Source: the human T2T-CHM13v2.0 reference genome, Homo sapiens
Direction: 5' to 3' (one strand)
Assembly (NCBI RefSeq): GCF_009914755.1
Contig: NC_060943.1
Length of the DNA stretch: 64,000 nucleotides
Within the stretch, counting starts at the first letter, position 1. Every line of letters starts with the position of its first letter. The translations under genes were made by a program, and so were the position numbers. Shown here piece after piece: positions 24,471 through 50,445 of this stretch. The notes below the pieces were generated by a model. It searched no databases, was not told the DNA's origin, and was given only the letters and a program-made list of their open reading frames with translations.

Positions 24471-24607
24471 CTCCTCCTCTCCTCCAAGCAGCACCAGCTT
24501 CCCATCAAGCAGGGTGAAGCCCCCAATGTCCCAGACAGGCACGTTGGGTGTGGGGGCCTCAGGGATCTGTGGGGTAGGGGGCTCCAGCTCTGGCTCCGGC
24601 TCCAGCT
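24471..24607 (-). CDS. RASAL3: RASAL3 exon 3
   Basis: ttcccag / gtgag; 137 nt. Confidence 0.9.
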
Positions 24608-25070
24608 CTGGGAAGAAGAGGAGGCACTGGGGGACTTAAGAGACGTTTTCTCTCCCTCAGGCTACCCTTTCCATTCCCGAAGGCTCATGGTGGGTTCCCT
24701 CCTAGGTGCCCCCCACCCCAGCAGCCGTATCAGACTGTATGACCTTGGGCAAGCTTTCATCGCTGTCTGGGCCTTGTCCCCACTAACCATGGGTAGCAGA
24801 CACAACTCACCTACCATGTGCCCAGTACCCTGTATACCACTCCACACACCTTCTTGCATTGAATCCTCCAAAAGCCATTCAAAGGGCTATGATAACAGGC
24901 TCAGAGAGGTTGAGTGACTTGCTCAGGGTCACACAGTTTGTGAGTGGTTGGGCTGGGCTTCAGTCACAAGCATTCTTCTCTCTCTCTCTTTTTTTGTTTT
25001 TTTGTTTTTTTTGCATTCTTCTCTTAACCAAGACATTATGTGGGTCCAAGAGGTTAAAAAACAGGACAGG

Positions 25071-25995
<925 letters not shown>

Positions 25996-26068
25996 CTAGT
26001 GTTACATTCCTGAGCCCTAATTCTTGTGATATCCATTACTCTTCTAGATCCCCCTGTGTGACACTTAG

Positions 26069-26453
<385 letters not shown>

Positions 26454-27042
26454 TGAGCTCCATGGGGCAGGGAGGGTCATCTGTCTCTTTCACTAGTGTG
26501 TCCTCAGTGCCTAAATCAGGGCCTGGCACATACAATAGAAGCTCAACAAACCTCTGCTTGAATAAATGAATGAATATGAGCAAATAAAATTATATACTCT
26601 CCAAAATGGAGATCATTATTCTCACTGAACTGATGGAGAGGCTGAGGCTTAAGGGCTCAGAACAAAGACACGGAAGCTAGAAGGTAGGAGAGTAGGAGGC
26701 AGGCTGAAGATGGATATCCAGGTAGGAAAGGATGGGCCTGAGCCATTGAAGGAGAGACCCGTTGGGGCCAAGAGCCGTTTAGCCTCTGGACAATACTATC
26801 ACGGGTTTACATTCACTGTTCCTTCCTCAGATGGACCCTCTGCCCACAGGACCCCGGCAACTCCTCCTACCCTCTTTAGGGGGAAAGAGGGAACAGGGTA
26901 GCTGGGCCCCAGCGGCTTCCTGCTGGGCTTTTGCACTCCCCACAACTTCCTGTGTCTGTATGGTTGATGCTCCGGAGGCAGACAAAACCCAAGCATCCGG
27001 CTTCCCAGCCCGGCCCAAGCTCAGGGTGGGGGAACCATGTAC

Positions 27043-27370
27043 CTGGGGCCTCCTGCTCCGGCTCCGGGTCTGGCTCCGGCGGTGGGTTCTTATGCCTCCC
27101 CCAGAGGGCCTTGGAGAGTCGAAGGCGACTGGTCCGTGACTCCTTGGGAGGCGCAGATAGGACCCGACGGAATATCGAGCGAGGGGCTGGCTGGGTGCTG
27201 ACCATGGGCTCCTGGTGGCTCAGGGCCCTGCCCCAGCCAGCAAAGCGGCCCCAGCGGAACCCTCCAGCCGCCTTCTCCCCACCGCCCCCTGTGTGCCAGC
27301 GGTAGGAAGTCAGCGGAGAGGTGGCTGTGGGCTGGGTTTGGGAGGTCCGGCTTGGCGACGGTGGGTCCAT
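27043..27370 (-). CDS. RASAL3: RASAL3 first coding exon (exon 2, acceptor ~27389), MDPPSPSRTSQ...
   Basis: accATGg at 27370; donor CCAG|gtacat; the 17 coding exons sum to 3036 nt = 1011 aa + stop. Confidence 0.94.
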
Positions 27371-27516
27371 GGTTGGGGGGGGGGGTCTCCTGGGGGACGA
27401 GAGAGTGACAGTAGTGCCCAGTGTCTGTCCACATACTGCCCTCATCTCGGCCCCCTCCCCACCCTCAGCTCTGCCTCCAGGAATCCCCCTGCCCCCACCT
27501 CCACTCCCTCCCTTAC

Positions 27517-27560
27517 CTTGGTTTCCTGACCAGCCCCAGAATCAGCAGCCGTCTGCACCC
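27517..27560 (-). other. RASAL3: RASAL3 non-coding exon 1 (TSS approximate)
   Basis: Strong donor AAG|gtaagg at 27517, just upstream of the exon 2 acceptor. Confidence 0.65.
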
Positions 27561-27819
27561 CGCCTGGCTTCCTCCCTCGGAACCCAACTCCACGTGACCC
27601 TCTCTGTCCCACCCCACCCCACAGCCAGGCTGGGAGGGCACAGTGCGGGCAGGTTGCTGGAGGTTCGAGGGAGGAGAAGAGAGGAGGTGGGTTACCAGGC
27701 TTCTAGCAAGAAGGACCCAGACTGCCTCCCTGACGGGGAGGCAGCACTTGCCCCTCTCTCTGAGCCTCCGTTGCCTTCTCTGCAAAATGAGTACAGGCTG
27801 AACAAATGCTGGCGAGAAT

Positions 27820-30060
<2,241 letters not shown>

Positions 30061-30552
30061 ACAGATGTTTACTTGAAAGCCAGAGGTAAGTAAATGCCAT
30101 TCTGAGGAATAAATGAGTCAGCATAAATCCGGTCCAGGAGCCGAGTACCAGCTGGCCCCTCTCCCTCTGTGTGACCTCAGACAAGTCATTTCCTCTCTCT
30201 GAGCCTCGTTTTCCTTATTTGTACAAGACGATAATATCAGTTTCAAAAGATTCATGTAAGCCTTTGTCTAGTCAACAAATGTTTCCCGAGTGCCTATTAC
30301 ATGCTAGGTGCTGGAGAGGCCGCAGAGAACTAACCAAACTTGGTTTCTGCCTTCCTGGAGCTCACAGATGATGGAGGTAGATAAGATCCTAAACTCATAC
30401 ATGAGACATTTCTAGCTGGTAAGGAGGACCTAGAAGGAAATAGGCTGCAGTGAATGCTGAGCAAAAATGCCACTCTTTGAGCTGGAAAAATCAGGGAGGA
30501 CTTCCCTGAGGAGGTGACATTTGCAGCCATTTGTATCTAGCAGATGGAGTCC

Positions 30553-31614
30553 ACTATGTCTGTGTAACAAGCATTCCAAAAGTGCCAGTGAATTAACATG
30601 TCCCTGAGAGCAGCCCTCACATAATAACTGGTGGGAATTAGTGTATAAATACCCCAGCTCCCTCAACCCTTGTGTGGGATGACTCAGGTATGTGTCCTAT
30701 GCTCTCCCTCAGGGCTTCGAAGTGAGACTGAGCTCTCTTGCCTACAGTGGAAACTTGCTTGAAAACACATTATTCCCTGGCTGCCTCCAGTTCCCTGCAT
30801 CGGTACCTGGGTTGTTCACCTCTCTATTTTTTCTTTTTCTTTTTTTTTTTTTCCTTCCTTCCTTCCTTCCTTCCTTCCTTCCTTCCTTCCTCCCTTCCTC
30901 CCTTTCTCCCTTCTTTCCTCTTTCTTTCATTCTTTCTTTCTTCCTTTCTTTCTTTTTTTTTCTTTGAGACAAGCTCTCACTCTCTTCTCCAGGCTGCTGT
31001 ACAGTGACGCAATCATGGTTCACTGCAGCCTCGACCTCCCAGCCCAAGCAATCCTCCCACCTCAGCCTCCGGAGTAGCTGGGACTGCAGGCACACAACAT
31101 TGTACCTGGATAATTTTTTCTTTTTTTGAGACAGGGTCTTGCTCTGTCTCCCAGGCTGGAGTGCAGTGGTGTGATTTCAGCTCACGGCAACCTCTGCCTC
31201 CTAGGCCCAAGTGATCCTCCTACCTCAAGTGTGTGGCACCACTCCTGGCTAATTTTTTGTATTTTTGTTAGAGACGGGGTTTTGTCATGTTGGCCAGGCT
31301 GGTCTTGAACTCCTGAGCTCAGGCGATCCACCCTCCTCAGCATCCCAAAATGCTGGGATTACAGGCATGAGCCACCGTGCCTGGCTATGCCTGGATAATT
31401 TGAAAATTTTTTTTTGCAGAGATGAGATTTCACTCTATTGCCCAGGTTGTTTTCGAACTCCTGAGCTCAGGTGATCCCCTCGCCTCAGCCTCCCAAAGTG
31501 CTGGGATTACAGATGTGAGCTGCCGTGCCCTGCCCTGGGATCTCCTCTCAATAAACTACTTGTACTGGAATTATTGTCTTAAGGTCTGCTTTTGGGAAGA
31601 CCCAAACTAAGACA
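30553..31614. mobile_element. LTR16-like ERVL fragment with (TTCC)n and nested antisense Alus (~30850-31536)
   Basis: Terminal cccaaactaagaca; family call from memory. Confidence 0.45.
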
Positions 31615-31657
31615 ATGCATGATGATGCATGAACAGAGACTTTGTTTCCATGCTGTC

Positions 31658-31663
31658 TTTATT
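31658..31663 (-). terminator. PGLYRP2 AATAAA overlapping the last codon and the stop
   Basis: CAA TAA A. Confidence 0.8.
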
Positions 31664-31748
31664 GGAGGTCTGTGGCTGGCAGGGTCCTTGGGGGTGGCTC
31701 CCTCCTGGATCTCTTAGAGACACTCCTGGCAGGTCTTGGCTTAACAGT
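31659..31748 (-). CDS. PGLYRP2: PGLYRP2 exon 5 (TVKPRPARSVSKRSRREPPPRTLPATDLQ*)
   Basis: ttccag|ACT; TAA at 31661-31659; total CDS 576 aa. Confidence 0.92.
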   Translation of the reverse strand, partial: TVKPRPARSVSKRSRREPPPRTLPATDLQ

Positions 31749-32525
31749 CTGGAAAAAGACAAGGGAGTGTGAGGCTTGGGGGTGGTTGTGGTATGTGGCT
31801 GGGTCTGCCCTCCTGGTGGTGGAACCCTGGATCAGGGAGGGGACAGTGGCCCAAAGTGAGAGAGTGAGGACAAAGCCAACTATAGGCCGAGATGGATGTG
31901 CTAGTCAATAGCTTAATGAAATGGAGTGGCAGTATGTAGGTAGCACGAGATTGTCCAGGTGTGATTCTAAAATTGTTTTAGTGATGGCGATCAAGGGCTG
32001 GGATGAGGTCATCAGGTCAAAGTTGTGCTGGCATAAGAGTTGTCATCAGGGGTTAAGGAGTCAGGGACGAAACAAGCAACCTCAGAGTTGAGATTGTCTG
32101 GACAGAGAATTGCAACACAGGATTAAGGACTGGACAGAGGTTGTGAAGGCAAAAGGTCACAGCCTAGGTTCATGTTGTGTGGACAGAGGGCCTTCGGGTA
32201 GGGGCAGGGGTGAGGTCAAGGTTCGGCGGGCCAGGATGAGGTGGTGCAGCCTGACAGGTTGTGACTTGGGTAGAGAAGTCATGAAGGCCAGGCTGAGGTT
32301 GTGAGGGCAGAGGGGCTGTTGGCAGGTGTCAGGGTCCATGCCTTGGCTGGAAAGGTAGAGGTATTAGGAGCTGGGGAAAGGACAGGCTGGCTGGGTCTGG
32401 GGCTGAGCTGAGGCTGCATAGGCAGAAGTCACAGGATCAGGGATGTTGCCCGCAGAGTGACCCGCAAAGGCTGGGCCTAGGTTTCCTGAATAGACGTGCC
32501 GCCGGGAAGTTGGGGGCCTGGCTGA

Positions 32526-34575
<2,050 letters not shown>

Positions 34576-34898
34576 TCCTTGTCTGTTTTAGGCCATCTCT
34601 GCCTGGCCCCAGACCCAGACTCTGCCACAGGTCCCGCTCCTCTCCCAGATCCCGCCTCCTGTACTAGTTCTCTACCCTGACTGGAGTCCCATGATTTAGC
34701 TATTCCCGGTCCCTATTAAGGCCCCGCCCCTAGCCTAAGCCACGCCACCTCTCCAACTTTGCTCTACCTATCAGGACTCCTCCTTGGTCTTGCCAGCTTT
34801 CCTCGGGTTCAAGCCCGGTCCCCTGCATCAGGCTCCGCCCACTCAGACCCCATCCCCGAACGTGGGCCCCGCCCCCTCCCCGGTCGGGCCCCTCCTAC

Positions 34899-35109
34899 CT
34901 GTAGCCGATGTCTCCCCAGCCTTGCGTGTCCTGGTGGTAGCGCTGCATGGAGCGCATGTTGGCTGCGCAGCGCGTGAAGTCCGTGCAGGGTGGTGCAGGC
35001 ACGTAGGTGTGATGCACGTACAAGAATCCCAGCGGCAGCTGCAGCAGCTTCGGGCGGCCCCGATAAGGCGCCGCTCCCCAGCGGCAGCGGGGGTGGATGG
35101 CCGGGCATC
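34899..35109 (-). CDS. PGLYRP2: PGLYRP2 exon 3 (VHHT zinc ligand, GWGDIGY catalytic Tyr)
   Basis: cctgtag / gtagga; 211 nt. Confidence 0.95.
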
Positions 35110-35300
35110 CTACAGGCAAGGGGGTTGAAGGCTGGGGTCAGGAACTGTTTCTCTGCCTGTTCCTCCACCCGCATTAAAGCGCACATACAGACCATCCCTC
35201 AGCCTCCTCTCAGATTTGGAAAGGGTCCAGTCTCACCCCACATTGGTCCTCCCTGGGGACCAACTAACTATACTCAACTAAATCTATTTTATTTTTATTA

Positions 35301-35750
<450 letters not shown>

Positions 35751-35760
35751 AGAGAAATCA

Positions 35761-38340
<2,580 letters not shown>

Positions 38341-38542
38341 AACAAAATGAGATGAACTCCTATTCATCCTTCAAGGCCCAACTCTGGCATTTCCTCACCT
38401 GTGCAGCTGTCCCACCCACCCCCGACCAGATCCCTTATTGCCCCCTCTGGACTCTCCTAGTCCTCAACTTCCCTGAATATACGGGGTGGGGGCGTCTGTG
38501 TCTGTAATGGGAAGGATCACAGGGTGTGGGGAACTTCCTCAC

Positions 38543-39613
38543 CCAGGAAGGCCTCAGTGAATTCCTTGGTAGCATTGGCAGCCACCTGGGCCAGCTGTTC
38601 TTGGCTCATGCACTGAAGCTGGAGGTGTACTGGCTCCAGCCTCTGTAGAAGGACAAGGGTTCCCCACACCTGCTGGGCCAGGATGGAGGCTGAAGTCAGA
38701 GCAGCACCGTTCTGCCGTCGGAAGTTGCTGCGGAACCCTGGGTCTCTGGCCACCCCAGCCCCATAGTACTGGCTCAGCAAGTGGCTGAGGGATGGCCGGG
38801 GCTCAGGAGTCCGGCTCAGGTAGTCTCCAAGGATGACCCCATCCAGGGCGCCATTGAGGAAGGCCATGGTTAACAGAGATGCCTTGGGGTCCAAAAGCGT
38901 AAAGGTCCGAGGGGCAGAGAGCTGGTCCCAGCAGCCCTCAGTTCCCAGGTCTGGATGGCTCTGGGTCTGGGAACCTCGGAGGAAGGTCAGGCCCAGGTTT
39001 CCAGCCAGGGTGACTGCCAGGAGGCTGTCCACCATGGTCGGTGGGGACTTGGCTTTGGCATCTGGCAAGGAAGCTTGGACATCTGGACAGCCTTTTGTAG
39101 CATCTGGAGTGTTGGCTCCAATATCTGCAGTGGTGACATCTGGAGAGCCATCCCTGAGTCCTGGGGAGGAGGTGGCTCTTACATCTGGAGCAATGGCCAC
39201 AACATCTGGAAAGGTATCTCCAGTCTCCCAAGGGGCAGCCATGCTGTCCAAGGGCAAATTTATGACCCTGCGCCCTTGCAGCCCTGCCTCCAGCCCCGCC
39301 AGCAGAGGCTCCACAGCCACGGTCGAGCCATCAGGTGCCAGCACCACCCCATATTCCTTCCCTTCTCGTACGTCATGTCGGGCCACCTCCTTGGTCAGGC
39401 CTAACAGCTCTGGGCTTAGTGGGCAGGGATCCAACTCTGTAGCATTGAGGCTCCATGCCCCCAGCAGGAAGTGGTAGAGGCGATTGTGGGGGCCAGAGTT
39501 TGGAGCTGACATCAGCCACGCAGAAGCTGTGTGTCTGGTCTTGGCAGCTGGCACTTTCTGCTCCAGCTCAGCCAGGGCCTGGATGACAGAGTCCATGAGC
39601 AGGGGCAGGGAGG
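38543..39613 (-). CDS. PGLYRP2: PGLYRP2 exon 2 (long N-terminal region)
   Basis: ctgcag / gtgag; 1071 nt; within ORF 38517..39764. Confidence 0.95.
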
Positions 39614-39886
39614 CTGCAGGAGGAAAGAATGTGTTAGCCCAGCCCCACCCATTCCTGAGCCTCCTTGTATTGATTCCACATCTACCCAATGCTCCCAGCC
39701 CTCCATCTGATAACCCCATGACCCCCAACACTATCCTTGTGTAGATGAGGAAAGTGAGGTACACAGACTATTGCCTGTTGGTTAAGGAGCTCAGACTGTC
39801 TGTGAGTACTGGGGAGCCATGGCAGATTTATGAGCAGGACAGAGGTGTGACGAACCTGGCATTCTAAGACTCCTTTCTTAGGCTTA

Positions 39887-40828
<942 letters not shown>

Positions 40829-41018
40829 TCAGTGGCTGAACTGCAAACCTAGAAATGCTAAGTTAGGCTCAGAGCTGGTTCAGAGATGGGTTATCAAATA
40901 ATAGCTAACTTTCAGTAAACATTTACTATGTGCTAGCTACTAGTCTAGGTGACTTATATATTAATAATTTAACGCAGTTAGTCTTCACAACTCTTGTGAG
41001 GTAGGTCCTTTTAGCCCC

Positions 41019-41553
<535 letters not shown>

Positions 41554-42332
41554 GGTGTCCCTTTACAGATGAGGCATCTGAAGCACAGAGAGGTTAAGTT
41601 ACCTGCCTAAGGTCACACAGGAAGGAAGTGGCAGAGGCAGGATTTGCCTTTGTTTTTTTTTTTTTTTTTTGAGACGGAGTCTTGCTCTATCATCCAGGCT
41701 GGAGTGCAGTAGTGCTCAGCTCACTGCAACCTCCTGAGTTCAAGCAATTTTCTGGCCTCAGCCTCCTGGGTAGCTGGGATTACAGGTGCCTGCCACCACG
41801 CCTGGCTAATTTTTGGTATTTTTAGTAGAGATGGGGTTTCACCATGTTGGCCAGGCTGGTCTCGATCTCCTGATCTCAAGTGATCTGCCCGCCTTGATCT
41901 CCCAAAGTGCTTGGATTACAGGCCTGGCCAGTAGTAGAATTTGAATCCAGGAAGTCTTACTCGACACACTCTCCTGGTCTAGAATCTAGGTTCTTCTCCA
42001 GTCCACCACCTAACCTGTGTAGCTTTGCTCTTCTCTGCAAAAAATGCCCTTTCTGGCTTCTCCCCAAAATCATTTCTCTTTCTTCCTAGCCTAGCTCTTA
42101 TGTCTCCTCCTCCAAGAAGCCTTCCCTACTTTTGCTCTCCAGGCCCCAGATTCCTTCCCTTATCCTTGCCTTGACTCTGTGGAGCTGGGAATATCTATGT
42201 CCCCATGCTGGAGCTTCTTTGAGAGCTTGAGTCTCCAGCCTCACTCCATGCAGGGCAAGACATAGATGGGACAGCAGTACGCCTTCTGCAGAGCCAAGAG
42301 GTTTGGTCCCAGGACTCTGCCCCCTGACTCAC

Positions 42333-42393
42333 CTGTCCCTGGGTCTGACCACAGTAGCAATCCGAGTAGGATCCAGAGGACACCCTGGGCCAT
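42333..42393 (-). CDS. PGLYRP2: PGLYRP2 exon 1 coding part, signal peptide MAQGVLWILLGLLLWSDPGT
   Basis: acaATGg at 42393; donor CAG|gtgagt; hydrophobic signal peptide; phase 1 matches exon 2. Confidence 0.93.
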
Positions 42394-42479
42394 TGTTGCA
42401 GGATTCCAGCTTCCAAGGGGTATTTCTGGTTGGCCTCGGCAGAGAACCTCGGCAGTGCTGGAGGGAGACAGGCACAGAG

Positions 42480-42600
42480 AACTGAGCAGAGCCTTTGACC
42501 ACTGTCAAAGTCCAGCGGCGAATGACAGACCTGCCTCTCGTAGAGCTGTGGGCGGGAGGCAGCAGGGACATGGGGCAGCGTACCCTGGGTCAAGGTCATC
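42480..42600. promoter_or_regulatory. PGLYRP2 proximal promoter with nuclear-receptor motifs
   Basis: GGTCAAAGGCT (minus, 42490-42500), CAAAGTCCA (42506-42514), GC box (~42550), TCAAGGTCA (42590-42598). Confidence 0.55.
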
Positions 42601-42875
42601 TGGGCATCCTGGTCTCCCCCAGTCTCTTCTGTCCCTCCTAGGCTGAGGTCAGTGGTCAGTAAGCCAGGCCCATCCCCAGAGGGGCCTGGAGACCAGGTGG
42701 TTCAGACTCCATAAACTCTGCCCATTCTCCAGTGAGGTGGACCGAGGCAACCCCTCAAGTCCTGTCCCTCCCCATAGTGACGGCTCTGTAGCCGCTGCTG
42801 GCCACCAGAGGGGACTCTCAGCTGCCGCCTGCTGTACTGGTAAGACCGGCTGTGTTGAGGGAGAGGAGAGAAGCA

Positions 42876-43075
42876 GAGGCCTGAAGTTGGCACTGCCTTC
42901 TGCTTTTTTTTGCAACCAACACTTCAGGCTCAGGCACAGCATCGGTGCGGGGGCTGAGGACAGTGTTTGCTGAGGCCTGAAGTTGGCACTGCCTCCTGCT
43001 TTTTTTTGCAACCAACACTTCAGGCTCAGGCAGAGCATGGGTGCAGGGGCCGAGGACAGTGTTTGCTGAGGCCTG
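42876..43075. repeat. 96-bp direct tandem duplication (2.1 copies)
   Basis: Units start at 42876, 42972 and 43068 (partial). Confidence 0.92.
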
Positions 43076-43771
43076 CTCTGAGCCCATGGGGACCAGGGGC
43101 TGTCACCTCTCATCCAGTTCCAGCCCTTGATTTCAAGCCACCAGCAGTAGCTGAGAGCAGGGGTTGAGCTTGAGTGTTCAGGACCCTGGCATTGTTCCAG
43201 GAGCTGGCTTCTGGACTCACCTGGGCTGACAGTGAAATGTCCTTCCTCTTCTCCGGGTGCCCGTGACTGAGACCTGCAGAATGGACCCATCTCCCCTTTA
43301 TTCTGGCATCAGATGGGGCAGGTTGACATGACTGGGCTGTTGTGTATGTAAATTGCTTCCCTGTGGGGCTCCCACCTCAAAACCAGCCCGGGGAGTTTCC
43401 AGGAGACCCACCAGCTGGAGACTCAGCCAGGGCAGGCCTGGGAATGTCCAGCCTGAGCCAGGCCTGGGATTCCCCTGGGGGCCACCCCTGGGGCCTCCTC
43501 AGGTGTCCTCTTTCTGGGGACCTCCCAGAAAAAAGCTGGGCACGTAGTGGAAGCTCAGGATGTAGGGTGCTAAGTGATAGAGTGAATGGGGGACACTTCC
43601 CATGGGAGTAAGAGACAATGTCCTCCTCCAAGCTCGTTTCCCAGGATTTGGGGATAGGAGCTTTGCCTGGTAGAACCATATGAAGGTTGTGGGCTGAGGC
43701 AGGGACTAGGTTGAGGCATCCTCTTTGCCGCAAAATTTAAGGCAGTGTTGAAAATCTAAGTCATCAATAAC

Positions 43772-44932
<1,161 letters not shown>

Positions 44933-45196
44933 TAGAGCAGTTTTAGGTTCGTGACAAAATTGAGCAGAAGTTACAGAGAGTTCTACTCCCTGCCTTGACA
45001 CATGCACAGACTCTCGTATTATCACTATCCAGCACCAGAATGGTATATCTGTTACAATCGATGAACCTTCACTGACACATCATTATCACCCAAAGTTCAT
45101 CATTTCCATTAGGGTTTGCTCTTGGTGGTGTACATTCTATGGGTTTGGACAAATGTATAATGACATATGTCCACCACTAGAGTGTCATACGGAGTA

Positions 45197-46225
<1,029 letters not shown>

Positions 46226-46975
46226 TCTTCTTTTTTCCCAGGTTCAGGTGATTCTCTCGCCTCAGCCTCCAGAGTAGCTGGGACTACAGGCATGCACCAC
46301 CAAGGCTAGCTAAGTTTTCTATTTTTAGTGGAGATGGAGTTTTACCACATTGGCTAAACTGGTCTTGAACTCATGACCCCAGGTAATCCACCTGCCTTGG
46401 CCTCCCAAAGTGTTGGGATGACAGGCGTGAGCCACTGCACCCCACCTGATTTCCCTTTAAAGCTTGGAGTTGGGGCAGAGACTGCCTTGTTTTAAGCCAG
46501 GGGCATGTCATGGATGGCAGGCTCTTTCCTTAGGGTCTATGTAGGATTTGTGACCTTCTGGGGCAGGACCCTTCCTCCAGGGAGCCTCTGTGGTTACCCC
46601 TTGCTCCCCTTACTCCTCCCAGCTCCCTGACCTGCTGTTCTTCCCTTCAACCTAGGCTGTGCTTACAGTGCTGGAAGGTTCTTTGTCCAGTTTTGTCTCC
46701 CCAAATCTAGGAGATGCTGAGTTTTTGGGGCTGTCCAGAAGTGCCCAGCACAGACTCAAGACCAAGTGAGTGTCAGGGAGGGATTGCTAAATGCACAAAA
46801 AGCCTGATGAATGATGTGGGGCCAGTTTGGGGTCAGGATCTGAAACACACACATGTACACCCACATTCAGGCACTCACACACCAATGCATCAGGGCTGGG
46901 CTGGGCCTGGGAGGCAGAAAGAAGGCTGGAAATCCCACAATGAATCACCTCTACCCCAGGTTTCCTTCAACCTCA

Positions 46976-47441
<466 letters not shown>

Positions 47442-47575
47442 TTAAGCAAGGCTGGGATGAGGCCAGAGGAGAAGGAACTTGGGGCAGGGCTGGGCTTGGG
47501 CTCAACGTCAGAGTCGACAGCGTTCACTATGGTGGCACTAATGATGCTAATAATGAAGACCCCGCTCGCTACTAC

Positions 47576-49063
<1,488 letters not shown>

Positions 49064-49458
49064 CTACTAATAAAAAGTGCTGTGTGTGGGGCTCTGAGCT
49101 AAGGTTTTATGTGCCTGTGCCTGTGGTTATTTTTTTTTTCCTTTTTTTTTTTTTTAATCACTGGGATTTGTTAAGCAATGTTCTACAGCAGAAGTCAGAG
49201 AACCTCAGCTTATGAACTGGATGTCTGTTTTTGTAAAACTGTTTTTTGAGGTGAAATTCACCTAACACAAAATTCACCATTTTATTATTTATTTTTTTTT
49301 TTGAGACCGAGTCTCACTCTGTTGCTCAGGCTGGAGGGCAGTGGCGGGATCATGGCTCACTGCAGCCTCGACCTCTGGGGCTGAAGGGATCCCCGCCCCC
49401 AGCCTCCCAAGTAGCTGGGACTACAGATGTGTGTCATCACATCCAGCTAATTTTTTGA

Positions 49459-49611
<153 letters not shown>

Positions 49612-49695
49612 TAGAGGCACTTAGCATATTTACAGTGTTGTGCAGTTGTCACCTCTATCTAGTTCTAAAGAATTTGCATACCCCTAAAAGAAAAC

Positions 49696-50445
49696 CCTGT
49701 CCTCATCAGCAGTCATTCCTCATTCACCCTTCCCCTGCCCCTGGCAACCACAAACCTGCTTTCTGTCTCTATGGATTCGCCTGTTCTGGACATTTCAGAT
49801 CAATGGAATGTCACACTATGGCCTTTTGTGTCTGTCTTTTTTTTTTTTTTTTTTACTCAGCATCATGTTTTCAAGGTTCATCATCATAGCCTGGATCAGT
49901 GCTTCATTCCTTTTCAGGGCTGCATAATATTCCATTGTGGGAAATGATCACGATTTGTTTAGGTGATTGAATGTTTATTGGAACACACTTCCTTCCATTC
50001 ATTTACATTTCTATGGCTGTTTTCCTGCTATAATGGCTGAGTCACAAAGCAGAAACTATTGACTATCTGGCCTTGTCCGCATCAGCAGTCACTCCTCATT
50101 CCCCCTCCCACAGCTCCTGGCAACCACAAATCTGCTTTCTGTCTCTATGGATTCGCCTGTTCTGGACATTTCAGATCAATGGAATCTCACACTATGGCCT
50201 TTTGTGCTTGTCTTTTTTTTCACTTAGCATCATGTTTTCAAGCTTCATCGTTATAGCCTGGATCAGTGCTTCATTCCTTTTCAGGGCTGCATAGTATTCC
50301 ATTGTATGAAAGGATCACAAATTGTTTAGGTGATTGAATGTTTATTGGAACACATTCCCTTCCATTCATTTACGTAGCTATGGTGGCTGTTTTCCTGCTA
50401 TAACAGCTGAGTCACAAAGCAAAACATATTTATTTACTATCTGGG
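49696..50445. repeat. ~376-bp tandem duplication spanning an L1M 3' end / MER58-like junction
   Basis: Two colinear copies starting at ~49696 and ~50072. Confidence 0.85.

Noticed and set aside
38833-39477. 214-aa + strand ORF opposite PGLYRP2 exon 2
   Set aside because: Antisense shadow of the coding frame; no independent evidence.
42649-43290. 213-aa ORF with a 32-aa repeat upstream of PGLYRP2
   Set aside because: The repeat is simply the 96-bp promoter duplication; no protein homology or splice link seen.
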